Below are positions 1 through 12,700 of a DNA stretch of 39,764 nt, one piece after another. The notes below the pieces were generated by a model that was not told where the DNA came from, did no database searches, and saw only the letters and a program-made list of their open reading frames with translations. The stretch is taken from positions 1 to 39,764 of the forward strand of contig JAQGDQ010001464.1 in NCBI GenBank assembly GCA_030141605.1, given 5' to 3'. Both the position numbers and the translations under genes were made by a program. Every line of letters begins with the position of its first letter. Within the stretch, counting starts at the first letter, position 1. This stretch comes from Tubiluchus corallicola (lineage: Eukaryota > Animalia > Priapulida).

Positions 1-612
1 TTTGCTTAACTGAGTGCTAGCCATGTCTTTGCTTAACTGAGTGCTAGCCATGTCTTTGCTTAACTGAGTGCTAGCCATGTCTTTGCTAAACTGAATGCTA
101 GCCATGTCTTTGCTTAACTGAGTGCTAGCCATGTCTTTGCTTAACTGAGTGCTAGCCATGTCTTTGCTTAACTGAGTGCTAGCCATGTCTTTGCTTAACT
201 GAGTGCTAGCCATGTCTTTGCTTAACTGAGTGCTAGCCATGTCTTTGCTTAACTGAGTGCTAGCCAAGTCTTTGCTTAACTGAGTGCTAGCCATGTCTTT
301 GCTTAACTGAGTGCTAGCCATGTCTTTGCTTAACTGAGTGCTAGCCATGTCTTTGCTTAACTGAGTGCTAGCCATGTCTTTGCTTAACTGAGTGCTAGCC
401 AAGTCTTTGCTTAACTGAGTGCTAGCCATGTCTTTGCTTAACTGAGTGCTAGCCATGTCTTTGCTTAACTGAGTGCTAGCCATGTCTTTGCTTAACTGAG
501 TGCTAGCCACGTCTTTGCTTAACTGAGTGCTAGCCACGTCTTTGCTTAACTGAGTGCTAGCCATGTCTTTGCTTAACTGAGTGCTAGCCATGTCTTTGCT
601 TAACTGAGTGCT
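1..612. repeat. 27-bp minisatellite (TTTGCTTAACTGAGTGCTAGCCATGTC), runs off the window edge
   Basis: ~22 near-identical head-to-tail units, no spacers. Confidence 0.97.
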
Positions 613-921
613 GGCTACCATTTTTATTCTCTGCTTAACATACATAATCTGGAATAGATTTTTTTTAAAAAGAAATCTTCATCACTGATTCCAATTAATG
701 TATTTCTATTTTAAAATAGATAAAATTAAAATTTTTAGAGTAACATGCGGACCGAGATGATGGCGATAATTGCAGCAGAAAAATCAAAGTTAAAAAGTTT
801 AACATAAATAGTTTGTAAACTTGTTTACATAGTACAAAATATAATATCACGACATAATTTCTGCATGCAATCAAACACATGAATATGTGTGCACATACAA
901 CATAAGCATGCATTTACCTAC

Positions 922-987
922 TCCTCATGTTCTAGCATAAACGGTTCAATGTGCAGGGCCTCAAGAGAATGAGAGAAACCCATGTCA
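922..987 (-). CDS. SLC4 exon [21 protein letters not shown]
   Basis: ttttctttcataag| ... GA|gtaggt; 66 nt, phase 2 to 2, open in the required frame. Confidence 0.6.
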
Positions 988-3900
988 CTTATGAAAGAAA
1001 AGCAAATACCAAGTTAAAACCAAAAAATCCATTGAAATCATAATCGTAATACGTGATAACAATTAGATGAATAATTAATTAAATGGGATAACAAGTGAAC
1101 AGCATAGCAAATGGGATAACAAGTGAACAGCACAGCAAATGGGATAACAAGTGAACAGCACAACAAATGGGATAACAAGTGAACAGCACAGCAAATGGGA
1201 TAACAAGTGAACAGCACAGCTAATGGGATAACAAGTGAACAGCACAGCAAATTGCAATTTTCTTAATTAACACCCAACCATGAACTTTTAAATGTGTTAA
1301 TAAGAGAAAATTAATTACAGCTACGTAATTAGATATCACATTTTTTGGCATCAGTGATCAAATACAATATTTTTAAAAGAATTTCTGAAAACGAGAAAGA
1401 ACAAAAGCCAAGAAAAGTTAAATACAAAAGAAAAGATTTAAAATCTCTGAACAATGACCCTGCATTTACCACAGAAAAAACTCGCAAGTCAGATTATAAC
1501 TATAAATGTCAGAAATTAATAAACCATTGATGTAGGGAATTTCGCTAAGTATCTCGTTGGTCACGTGACCACGATCACTCACCTGTGCAGATCTGTTTCT
1601 ACCTGGGCAAGTGAGTTAGTTGGTAGACGTTAACAGGCTACTTTAAAAGTAGTTTTTCACAGTATGATACTTTGGTAAATACTAGATTTGCTTTATGGAG
1701 ACATACGATGTAAATAAATACATCATTTTGTATTAATTTGATTGAACTGATCACTTTGAACATTTTAGTTTATTGAATGACAATCTTATAAATTCGATAG
1801 AACGTCGTATAAATTAGTAAAATTACCAAATTAGGTTTACTTAATGTTTGTGTTTAGTAAAGTCCAGAACTACAGAATTTAATGCAAATTTGTAAAATAG
1901 CCTTTTTCATTTTTCATTTTTCAATAGAAACGATGTATAAAACACTACAATATTTTGTTGTAATATGGCAGACATTGATTGTAGTTGAAGTTAATTTCAA
2001 ATTATTAACCTAGAGGCTGATGAGATAAAGAAAAGAGGTACTGAAAATCTGTGAGCCAGTCGAGACCAGTTCACGCAAAAGTGCTTTTACTTATAGACTT
2101 AGGAATGCATTACGATCAATTTGCAAATCTGTGATCCAGTCGAGACCAGTTCACGCTAAAGTGCTTTTGCTTATAGACTTATGAATGCATTACGATCAAT
2201 TTGCAAATCTGTGACCCAGTCGAGACTAGTTCATGCACAAGTGCTTTTACTTATAGACTTATGAATGCATTACGATCAATTTGCAAATCTGTGACCCAGT
2301 CGAGACCAGTTCACGCAAAAGTGCTTTTACTTATAGACTTATGAATGCATTATGATCAATTTGCAAATCTGTGACCCAGTCGAGACCAGTTCATGCACAA
2401 GTGCTTTTACTTATAGACTTATGAATGCATTATGATCAATTTGCAAACAACAACAGGCCTCTATAAAATACGTTAAGGTCGTAAATGAAGCTGCTGTTCA
2501 TGTTATTGTTGTAATTAAGACTGCAGTCATTCTTATACCTACCATCAGCAACAGCTGATTTTTTTTGCTTAACATAAAAACTTAATTAACTCGTTTTCTT
2601 ACTCTGATGAACGAAAATTTATGCAAAAATTAGACGTCCTACTGAAACTGTCGTGTGAACCTACGATATTTTGGCAAAATTGTAACTTTTATCAGCAAAA
2701 GTTGAAGTGGAAACAAAAAAGAGGTGACAAAAACGAGAAAAGTAAGATGATAAAAACTTAAAAGGGAAAGAAAAGAGCCAGAACGGTAGGAATGCAGGAA
2801 AATCAAATGCTATAAGAGGGGGAAAATACGGGAAAGCAATTAAACAGGATTAACAATTATTACTTACGGATACTGCAGGGACGGAAACTGGGAATTTTCC
2901 CAATTACACTGTAGAGCAAAAATACTTACGTTTTATCCATGGTAGCCAAGTTCTTAAATGATAAATTTCTGCGGATGAAACCTGTATCACCAGCATGCCT
3001 GTAAAGGTAAGCATAATCAATGTTAATGTTACATTAGAAATGTTACTGCGTATTGAAAGATTGTTTTACAAAGGTAATGTGTCACTCCATAAACTCACCA
3101 TTTTCAACAAAAAGCAGAATGATGAGCTGTTATTTAGATGAATATAGATGTGAATTTTCTACCAGCAGTGCAAACATTCCAAAATAATGTCAGTGTTTTG
3201 GATATAAGCACGTGGTGCCTCCTTGTGTTTGTTTTTTGCAAATTTAGGCTGTTGATAGATAGGTGAGCTAGAATAGGCCATTGGCCTCATTTTACAGACA
3301 GGAAAGAAGTCATTCTTGTTCAGTACGTCGTGTCGTTTTATAACAAAATTTTGTCAGTCGACTTCTCTTTAGCAAGTTAGTAAGATGCGGCAAAGTTTGA
3401 TTTCTTCATATTTCATAATATTATTATACATTTTCATTATAGCAGTTAATTATCCTTTTGACATTGGATTAGCAGAAAATGTTTTTATTTGCTTCAGATA
3501 AAACGAAGTCGACTTGCTCATAATATGTCAGTCAGTCAGTCAGTCAGTCAAATATGTCATGATGTGATAGTGATTTTGGGATGAGACGATGATTGCTCAT
3601 TTTGGACAATAAAAAATCATAAATTACATCTAAAAGACTGTTGGACTTGTATTTAGTGCATGTCGCGCGCAATCAGTATCGTCCTGGTTACTTGTTACTA
3701 TTATGGTAATAGCTTCAAAAAAATAAACGAAATAAATTACCTGTGCCGTAGTAATAGAATACGGAGAACTGCCCCTTCATCTTCTTGTTTTATCTGATCA
3801 TTTACGATCAACTTTTGAACAACGCGATTGGCTAGTTCGCTTAAATCCTTTATGTCCAAATCTAACATTATGGTTCCTGTAATAACAGAACACAGTACAA

Positions 3901-5184
3901 GTTTGGCTGTTTAAAGTGTTTTTAAAAATTAGCAAAATGAGTTTAAAAGTCAAATTTAACATAGAAACAAGTTTTCTTTAATTAAAAGAACTAACACAAC
4001 TGAAAATTTCAACTAATTTTACTAAATTTCATGGATTCCTTCCTAATGAAATCCCTATTTTTTCCCAAAAATATTTTGCTCGGTTTTGTTCGCAGGCTAA
4101 ACAAATGTGCTAGGAATGGTTTCCTTGGAAACCACATTGTTGCTGTGATGCTAAACAATGCTACACAAGGTAACAAGCAAACACAAACGCTGCTGCCATC
4201 TAACGAGTAAAACACACACAAAATCAAGTTTCAAACTTTGTTGAGAAATGATACTTTCACATCCAATTTGCTCTTATACAAACGGACAAGAAAAACTTAA
4301 AACCATCAGAAAATGTTAGACTTTTCTTTCTGTTTTTATGTAAAATTGAAACTTCATAAAATATGCTGTACTTGCCCTTTAAAATCAAAAAAATTAGAAA
4401 GTAATGAGTCCAAACGCTGGAAAAATTACACTAATATTGTCCTTTAGTATTTTAACTTGTTAAGAACATCGAATGTTTTTTATTTGTCATCACTAAAGAT
4501 CTGTAACTATGCAATTTTTATTTTTAAAGATGGTAAACACAATATTATGTTACATTACATTACTGCATTTATTTTTCCTATTATAAATCAGTTTTAGCTT
4601 GTGAGTTTCTCTTTGAATATATTTTAATAGTCAATCAGACACACGTTAGTAATTAGTAATACTCAATTTAAGTGAGCAGTACATGAACAAGTTGTACTTG
4701 TGTGTTGTGCAGTACATTTAGTACACTGTACATGTAATTATGAACAGTACTATCATTGTTAAACTAATTGTTATGTATTAGTAAGTCCTCACTTAATGAC
4801 TCGCCGTTTAGCGGCATTTCATTTTAACGACACTGAACATTTGACATCTTTTTTCACTTGACAGACAAGCGTTTCATTTGAACGAAGATTTTTCTTTATT
4901 TTTCTCAAAGCCTATTCTTATTTATCAACGGCATTTTTGCCTAGTTTCAAACATTAAAACAACACATATTGCATGATTCTGTTCTGAAAATCAGTTAGTA
5001 ATTACAACAGTACAATTACTATAGTGTCTCTGCTTCCCGACTGAATACTAAATGCTATTCGTTCATATCAAGTGAGATCTACCTGCGGTCAGGGCCTATT
5101 TCAAGGGGGGGAAGTGGGGATACTTCCCCGGGGCCTCACCCTCCAGGGTGTAACTTTTTTTTTTGCTTTATGTGAACATACTGC

Positions 5185-5254
<70 letters not shown>

Positions 5255-8200
5255 TCTCTCTCCCTCCTCCCTCTCCCTCCTCGTCATGTTTGCTAGTATT
5301 GACAAGTATTAAGGACTGGTCTTGAGAATAAAGCAGTTTTTCTTTCAATTGTTCTTTCCTCTAACAACTGTATAACTCCAAATTTTCTCTTCGAAAATAC
5401 TTCTCCGGCATTCTAGCAGTTCAAAAATTTTCTGGGCGCCAACCATGGTAGCGCCCCCCCCCCCATGGGGCTTCATACGCCCCACTTCCCCGGGCCTCGC
5501 CTAGGCTGAAATTGGCCCTTATATGCTTCAGATTCATACGCACCTGTGCGCAAACTTTATGAGAAACAATTTTGCCTGCAACCTGTTGCTATAGCAACCA
5601 GACTAAATATCACGATGAAATTGTTCCAGTCAGCCCAGAACTTGGATTTGACTGTGCAATGTTTATTGTTTAAAAGCTGCCTAGGCTTCAATGTTAATGG
5701 AAGACAAGCTGCTAGCTAGGTATTGGTAAGAAATGAAACCATACAAATATGAATAAAACTCATAAAACATTTAATTTAATTTATATGATTTAAGAAGCAG
5801 TATTTTTTGCCTCTGGAACATATCACAATTCTTTTACATTACTTTCTATGGAAGTCTTGGTTTCGCTTAACTTCGCATTTTGCTGGAATGTATTAGCGTC
5901 ATTAAGCGAAAGCTTACTCTATGTATATATACTCCATAGTTGATGTCACTATGAATGAATCTAAAATCTAATAGGTAACTGTGACCTGAGCCAGGTTATG
6001 TAACTAGTTCCTACTGTTATAATTCTACCATTAATTATTTTCAATTTTTATAAAAGAAGTTTAGTTAAACTGTTTAACGGCATAACGACAGAAGCCAACC
6101 TGTTCTGAAATCAGATTTCACCTGTACATCCAATGATACTGTTTATGCATTACTACTATATCACGTGATTGAAGCCACATAGACGAAATTTTGGCTGTTC
6201 AGTTCGCCCAGGTATTCCGCTTTAAGTTGTCGAGTTAAGCGGACGTTCACATGTCGTAAAATGATGGTTTAGTAGTAACGGTGCTTGCTTGTACAAAAGC
6301 GATCTGTCTACCTGGTTACGACAGAGACGATAGTTACCTTCTAGCGATGATACTTACCTATTGCTGATTATATTTTCCTGACGCTGATGACACATAATGT
6401 ATTAAGGATTGTACTTACCAGTTGTCGATGATATCTGCTGTTTTATTCTTTACCTAAGGGTTACACTTAAGTCACGAACCACCTATTTGCAATAACGAAA
6501 CTTAGACTACATCGTCACAGTAACTTATATAATTAAATAAGCATTTTACCCTTTTCTATGCATTTACGCAACTCAAGCAGGCTGTGGAACGACAAAGACG
6601 CAACGTGAGGTTTGCCCCATCTGTCGGAACCCTCTTGTACGTTCTCTTCAAACTTAATCCAACGGGCCGTTTCTTTCCATAACTGTTCTTGATTTGGACC
6701 AACTATCAATTCATCCAGTTCAACAAAGACCTGCAAAATGTTTCGTGACACGTAAATACCGCAATAGAATTTGTTGCACAACACATTTTAGCTAACAGTT
6801 AACTGACGATTTACCAGCCACCTCACAACAACAGTTCATGTTAATTATTCATTTATTATAAAGCACAATAGTGTTGTGGCATAAGAACCAAGAGTCATAA
6901 TTATAAAGCACAATAGTATTGTGGCATAAGAACCAAAAGTCATAATTATAAAGCACAATAGTGTTGTGGCATAAGAACCAAGAGTCATAATTATAAAGCA
7001 CAATAGTGTTGTGGCATAAGAACCAAACGTCATAATTATAAAGCACAATAGTGTTGTGGCATAAGAACCAACAGTCATAATTATAAAGCACAATAGTGTT
7101 GTGGCATAAGAACCAACAGTCATAATTATAAAGCACAATAGTATTGTGGCATAAGAACCAAGTCATAATTATAAAGCACAATAGTTTGTGGCATAAGAAC
7201 CAATTTTGTGTTTGTGGTGACGTCATAATTATAAAGCACAATAGTGTTGTGGCATAAGAACCAAACGTCATAATTATAAAGCACAATAGTGTTGTGGCAT
7301 AAGAACCAAGAGTCATAATTATAAAGCACAATAGTATTGTGGCATAAGAACCAAACGTCATAATTATAAAGCACAATAGTGTTGTGGCATAAGAACCAAG
7401 AGTCATAATTATAAAGCACAATAGTATTGTGGCATAAGAACCAAGAGTCATAATTATAAAGCACAATAGTATTGTGGCATAAGAACCAAAAGTCATGCAG
7501 CTTGCCAGAGATGAATAAGTAACTATTGATATACAAGGAACAATTACAAAAACTTAAAATGTTCTATTTCATTTATCTACAATGTTAAAATAACATCACT
7601 GCTACCAATAATCGTCATCAATTCAACATAATCAAAGTCATCATCCTCGTTGTCACCAGGGACGGTGGCGTCAGTATCGTTGTCATCGTCACTAACACAC
7701 AGGTACAAATCTACAACATACCTCATGTGGAGTATGGTCATACTTGGTTTTCTTATACACTGGCAAATCTTTTCTCAACTTTTCGTCAGAAACATCCTGA
7801 GGCGTGCTCTTTAAATCAGGAACTGAAGCGTGTATAAATGAAGTCGTGGAAGTTTTACCTAAAAATTTGTGCCTCGCTATTCCAGGCACACTTTCATACC
7901 TGTGACCTGAAAAATATGAATAGGTACACTTTCATACCTGTGACCTGAAAAATATGAACAGGTACACTTTCATACCTGTGACTTGAAAAATATGAACAGG
8001 TACACTTTCATACCTGTGACCTGAAAAATATGAACAGGTACACTTTCATACCTGTGACCTGAAAAATATGAACAGGTACACTTTCATACCTGTGACTTGA
8101 AAAATATGAACAGGTACACTTTCATACCTGTGACCTGAAAAATATGAACAGGTACACTTTCATACCTGTGACCTGAAAAATATGAATAGGTACACTTTCA

Positions 8201-9696
8201 TACCTGTGACTTGAAAAATATGAACAGGTACACTTTCATACCTGTGACTTGAAAAATACGAACAGGTACACTTTCATACCTGTGACTTGAAAAATACGAA
8301 CAGGTACACTTTCATACCTGTGACCTGAAAAATATGAACAGGTACACTTTCATACCTGTGACTTGAAAAATATGAACAGGTACACTTTCATACCTGTGAC
8401 TTGAAAAATACGAACAGGTACACTTTCATACCTGTGACTTGAAAAATACGAACAGGTACACTTTCATACCTGTGAGCTGAAAAATATGAACAGGTACAAT
8501 TTCATACCTGTGACTTGAAAAATATGAACAGGTACACTTTCATACCTGTGACTTGAAAAATATGAACAGGTACACTTTCATACCTGTGAGCTGAAAAATA
8601 TGAACAGGTACACTTTCATACCTGTGACTTGAAAAATATGAACAGGTACACTTTCACACCTGTGACTTGAAAAATATGAACAGGTACACTTTCATACCTG
8701 TGACCTGAAAAATATGAACAGGTACACTTTCATACCTGTGACCTGAAAAATATGAACAGGTACACTTTCACACCTGTGACTTGAAAAATATGAACAGGCA
8801 CACTTTCATACCTGTGACTGAAAAATATGAACAGGTACACTTTCATACCTGTGACCTGAAAAATATGAACAGGTACATTTTTGTGTGTTGGGTTTTTGTG
8901 TTGTTGGGTTTTTTTGTGTTGGGTTTGGGTTTTTACCTGTGACTTGAAAAATATGAACAGGTACACTTTCATACCTGTGACTTGAAAAATATGAACAGGT
9001 ACACTTTCATACCTGTGACCTGAAAAATATGAACAGGTACACTTTCACACCTGTGACTTGAAAAATATGAACAGGTACACTTTCATACCTGTGACCTGAA
9101 AAATATGAACAGGTACACTTTCATACCTATGACTTGAAAAATATGAACAGGTAAAGCATGATTCACACTTACTCTCAAAGTCACTCGCATCATCAAACTC
9201 GTACTCGGAGTCTGCGTGTAAACTCGACTTTGACGGTCGTGACCTCACGATGACCTCAGTTCCCTTTCTTCTGCGTTTCTCCAATTCATCGTCCCGGCGA
9301 TGGTGATGATGATGATGGCGACGACTGAGAAAGTAAGGTAAGAATAAAGACAATCAAACAGCAGATAATGAAATCCCACTGAATTTCATTAGTACATAAA
9401 TCTACAAGGCGTTTTAGTGTTCTACCATAACACCAGCAGGGCCGGCCTTAGGTAATTGGAGGCCCTAGGCGAAGTGAATTTGGTGGCCCCAAATGAAATA
9501 GAAAAATAAAAAATAAATACGAAAAAAATAAAATTACGCAATTTATTAAAAACTACCTGTATTTATATCTAAATCAACAAATAACTGAAATTTATACAAA
9601 CATATTCGGGCAGATGTCATAAACCTTCAACAAAAATCAACTTTTCGTGCTTTGATGGCAGCAAAGACTGCAATAAATTGTGAATAATCCAGAGAC

Positions 9697-9756
<60 letters not shown>

Positions 9757-9758
9757 AG

Positions 9759-9793
<35 letters not shown>

Positions 9794-12700
9794 TCTTGTA
9801 TATTGTTTTGGGTATAAGCACGTGGTGCCTCCTTGTGTTTGTTTTTTGCAAATTTAGGCTGTTGATAGACAGGTGAGCTAGGACAGGAAATAGGCCATTG
9901 GTCTCATTTTACAGACAGGATAGGAAAGAAGTCATTCTTGTTCAGTATTTCATATAATTCATATTGAAAAGAATTATGAAATTTGTAATTTTTTATCGTT
10001 TTAACTTAGTGGTGATTGGTGAGTCATGTTATATATATTATTAGAAAATATTCGCTTTGTCAAATATAATTTTCACCGAATGTGACAATTATTAAAAGCA
10101 GCTTCAGTATACCGAAGTTTCATGGAAACTTCAGTGATTACTACCGAAGCTTCCTGTACCGGATTTTTATACTGCTACTTGGGGAAACAATTCCACGGAT
10201 CTCGAGCTTAAACTGAAGTATTTTATGATCTTTTCACAAGATTAATGTATGTTGACAATGTAGGATTTGCTGCTTGAACATTAGTGTTAAAGACTATGAC
10301 CAAATAAACACTCACTCTGGATGACTAACTTTTCTCTTTTTCTCAGTGGGGTCACTGGGCACCTTTGCGAAATCTTTGTCGCTTTCTAAAAGAGAAGAGA
10401 GAGAAAATGATCATTGTTGTACCGAGATGAGAGAGAGAAAATGATCATTGTTGTACTGAGATGAGAGAGAGAAAATGATCATTGTTGTACTGAGATGAGA
10501 GAGAGAAAATGATCATTGTTGTACTGAGATGAGAGAGAGAAAATGATCATTGTTGTACTGAGATGAGAGAGAGAAAATGATCATTGTTGTACTGAGATGA
10601 AAGAGAGAAATGATCATTGTTGTACTGAGATGAGAGAGAGAAAATGATCATTGTTGTACTGAGATGAGAGAGAGAAAATGATCATTGTTGTACTGAGATG
10701 AGAGAGAGAAAATGATCATTGTTGTACTGAGATGAGAGAGAGAAAATGATCATTGTTGTACTGAGATGAGAGAGAGAAAATGATCATTGTTGTACTGAGA
10801 TGAGAGAGAGAAAATGATCATTGTTGTACTGAGATGAAAGAGAGAAAATGATCATTGTTGTACTGAGATGAGAGAGAGAAAATGATCATTGTTGTACTGA
10901 GATGAGAGAGAGAAAATGATCATTGTTGTACTGAGATGAGAGAGAGAAAATGATCATTGTTGTACTGAGATGAGAGAGAGAAAATGATCATTGTTGTACT
11001 GAGATGAGAGAGAGAAAATGATCATTGTTGTACTGAGATGAAAGAGAGAAAATGATCATTGTTGTACTGAGATGAGAGAGAGAAAATGATCATTGTTGTA
11101 CTGAGATGAGAGAGAGAAAATGATCATTGTTGTACTGAGATGAAAGAGAGAAAATGATCATTGTTGTACTGAGATGAAAGAGAGAAAATGATCATTGTTG
11201 TACTGAGATGAGAGAGAGAAAATGATCATTGTTGTACTGAGATGAGAACTAATTTAATTTGACTTGTGCGCGTCATTACCAAACATCGTCAGATTCATCT
11301 GCAAGAAAGTGGTAATGAATTCCAGAAAAACAAATAATTACACATTCACATGTAATCAAATCAAATATCTTGAAAATTGAGTAAATCGTACCAATTACGA
11401 TAGCACATGATTTTAGAAGAAAATTGTCAGTGGCACTAATGTATGAACAGTCATTGATGGAAAAATTAGACCTTTCAAAACCAAAACTCTTCAGCATCTT
11501 AAGTTACAATGTTATATATATATTGTAGCAGACTTAGCTTTTTTTTGTTAATCTTACTTATCGTGCACGAGGCGCCATCTGTGGCGGGAATGTAAAGCTT
11601 TTGGTTTTGGTCAGTTTTTCAGTTTTGTTACCTGCTAATCACCTGTCTGTTTGACTCACCTGTGCTCTGAACAGTCAGGTTAATCCACTTTATGTGATAT
11701 GTGAGACATTTACGTACTGATTATGTTACAAATTCGTGCACGAGGCGCCATCTGTGGCGGGAATGTAAAGCTTTTGGTTTTGGCCAGTTTTTCTGTTTGT
11801 TTTACCTGCTAGTCACCTGTCTGTGTTACTCACCTGTGCTCTGAACAGTCAGGTTAATCCACTTTATGGGATATGTGGGACATTTATGTACTGATTATGT
11901 TACAATAAAGCATTCAGTGGTAGTAACCTCTGTTGATAGTGTTTCTGTGACTACATATATATTATAATATATATTATACAATTACATATTATATATATTA
12001 CCATATGTCATATTATATATATATATCGTATATATGTGTGTACAAATCGATGTGCATTTTAAGACCAAAAAGTGCATCATTTTATATATTACTTGTGTAC
12101 AAGTCGACCATAAAATATTAAGATCTTCCAGGGTAAATGATGTCAACAATGGCCGAGTATTTAATCAATAGCCTACTGTGTTACTTTGTAACCGCCTGGG
12201 CCGAGTATATTATACCTACCCGATGATGCAACTAACACTGGTGGTCAAGTGGAGTGGAATGTTTGGGGATAGCGATAGTAAAGAAGATAATGACTTTGAA
12301 GGGTATCAATAAAATCTTTTAATATTGGAAATATTTTCCATGTTTTCCATGTGTTTACATATGTAGATCTAGGCCTAGTGAAAAAACAGTAAAGGAACAT
12401 AGCTCTACGTCAGAACTTTGACTTTAGTAAACAGTATTAATTTTACAAAGAAAAAAAATAATTTACTAAACTTAATACCTCTGCGTAGTTTTGTTTTATA
12501 TACGCGTGTATGCTGGTAATCGATATTTTGCCAATAAAACACGCAACAATATACAAGGCCAGTGTAAAACTTCAGGCGGCAGCCGACAGATGGCAGCACC
12601 TGCACAGCATTAGCGATTTCCTTGTTCTGATTGAGTGCTCCGTGCTAGTTTATTAACCGGTAATATATAAATTTTAACTTAATTTCACATACATTAAAAT

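Larger units (their letters stand above)
4780..5918. mobile_element. Tigger-like MITE, degenerate, with nested insertion
   Basis: AGTAAGTCCTCACTTAATGAC ... GTCATTAAGCGAAAGCTTACT imperfect TIR. Confidence 0.6.

Noticed and set aside
5970-6489. Possible MITE bounded by AATAGGT...GTGAC inverted motifs
   Set aside because: The inverted match is too degenerate and no TSD is visible.
6845-7536. ORFs with 15-aa periodicity
   Set aside because: Products of the 45-bp intronic minisatellite.
7580-7691. Acidic reading frame [21 protein letters not shown] on the - strand
   Set aside because: Out of frame with the adjacent exon, which would meet TGA, and only 30 nt from the donor; looks like a decayed GAY repeat.
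11280-11298. 19-nt microexon (DESDDV) or hAT FLADES motif remnant
   Set aside because: Breaks the frame unless a weak AAAG acceptor is used; the transposase resemblance is too short to support.
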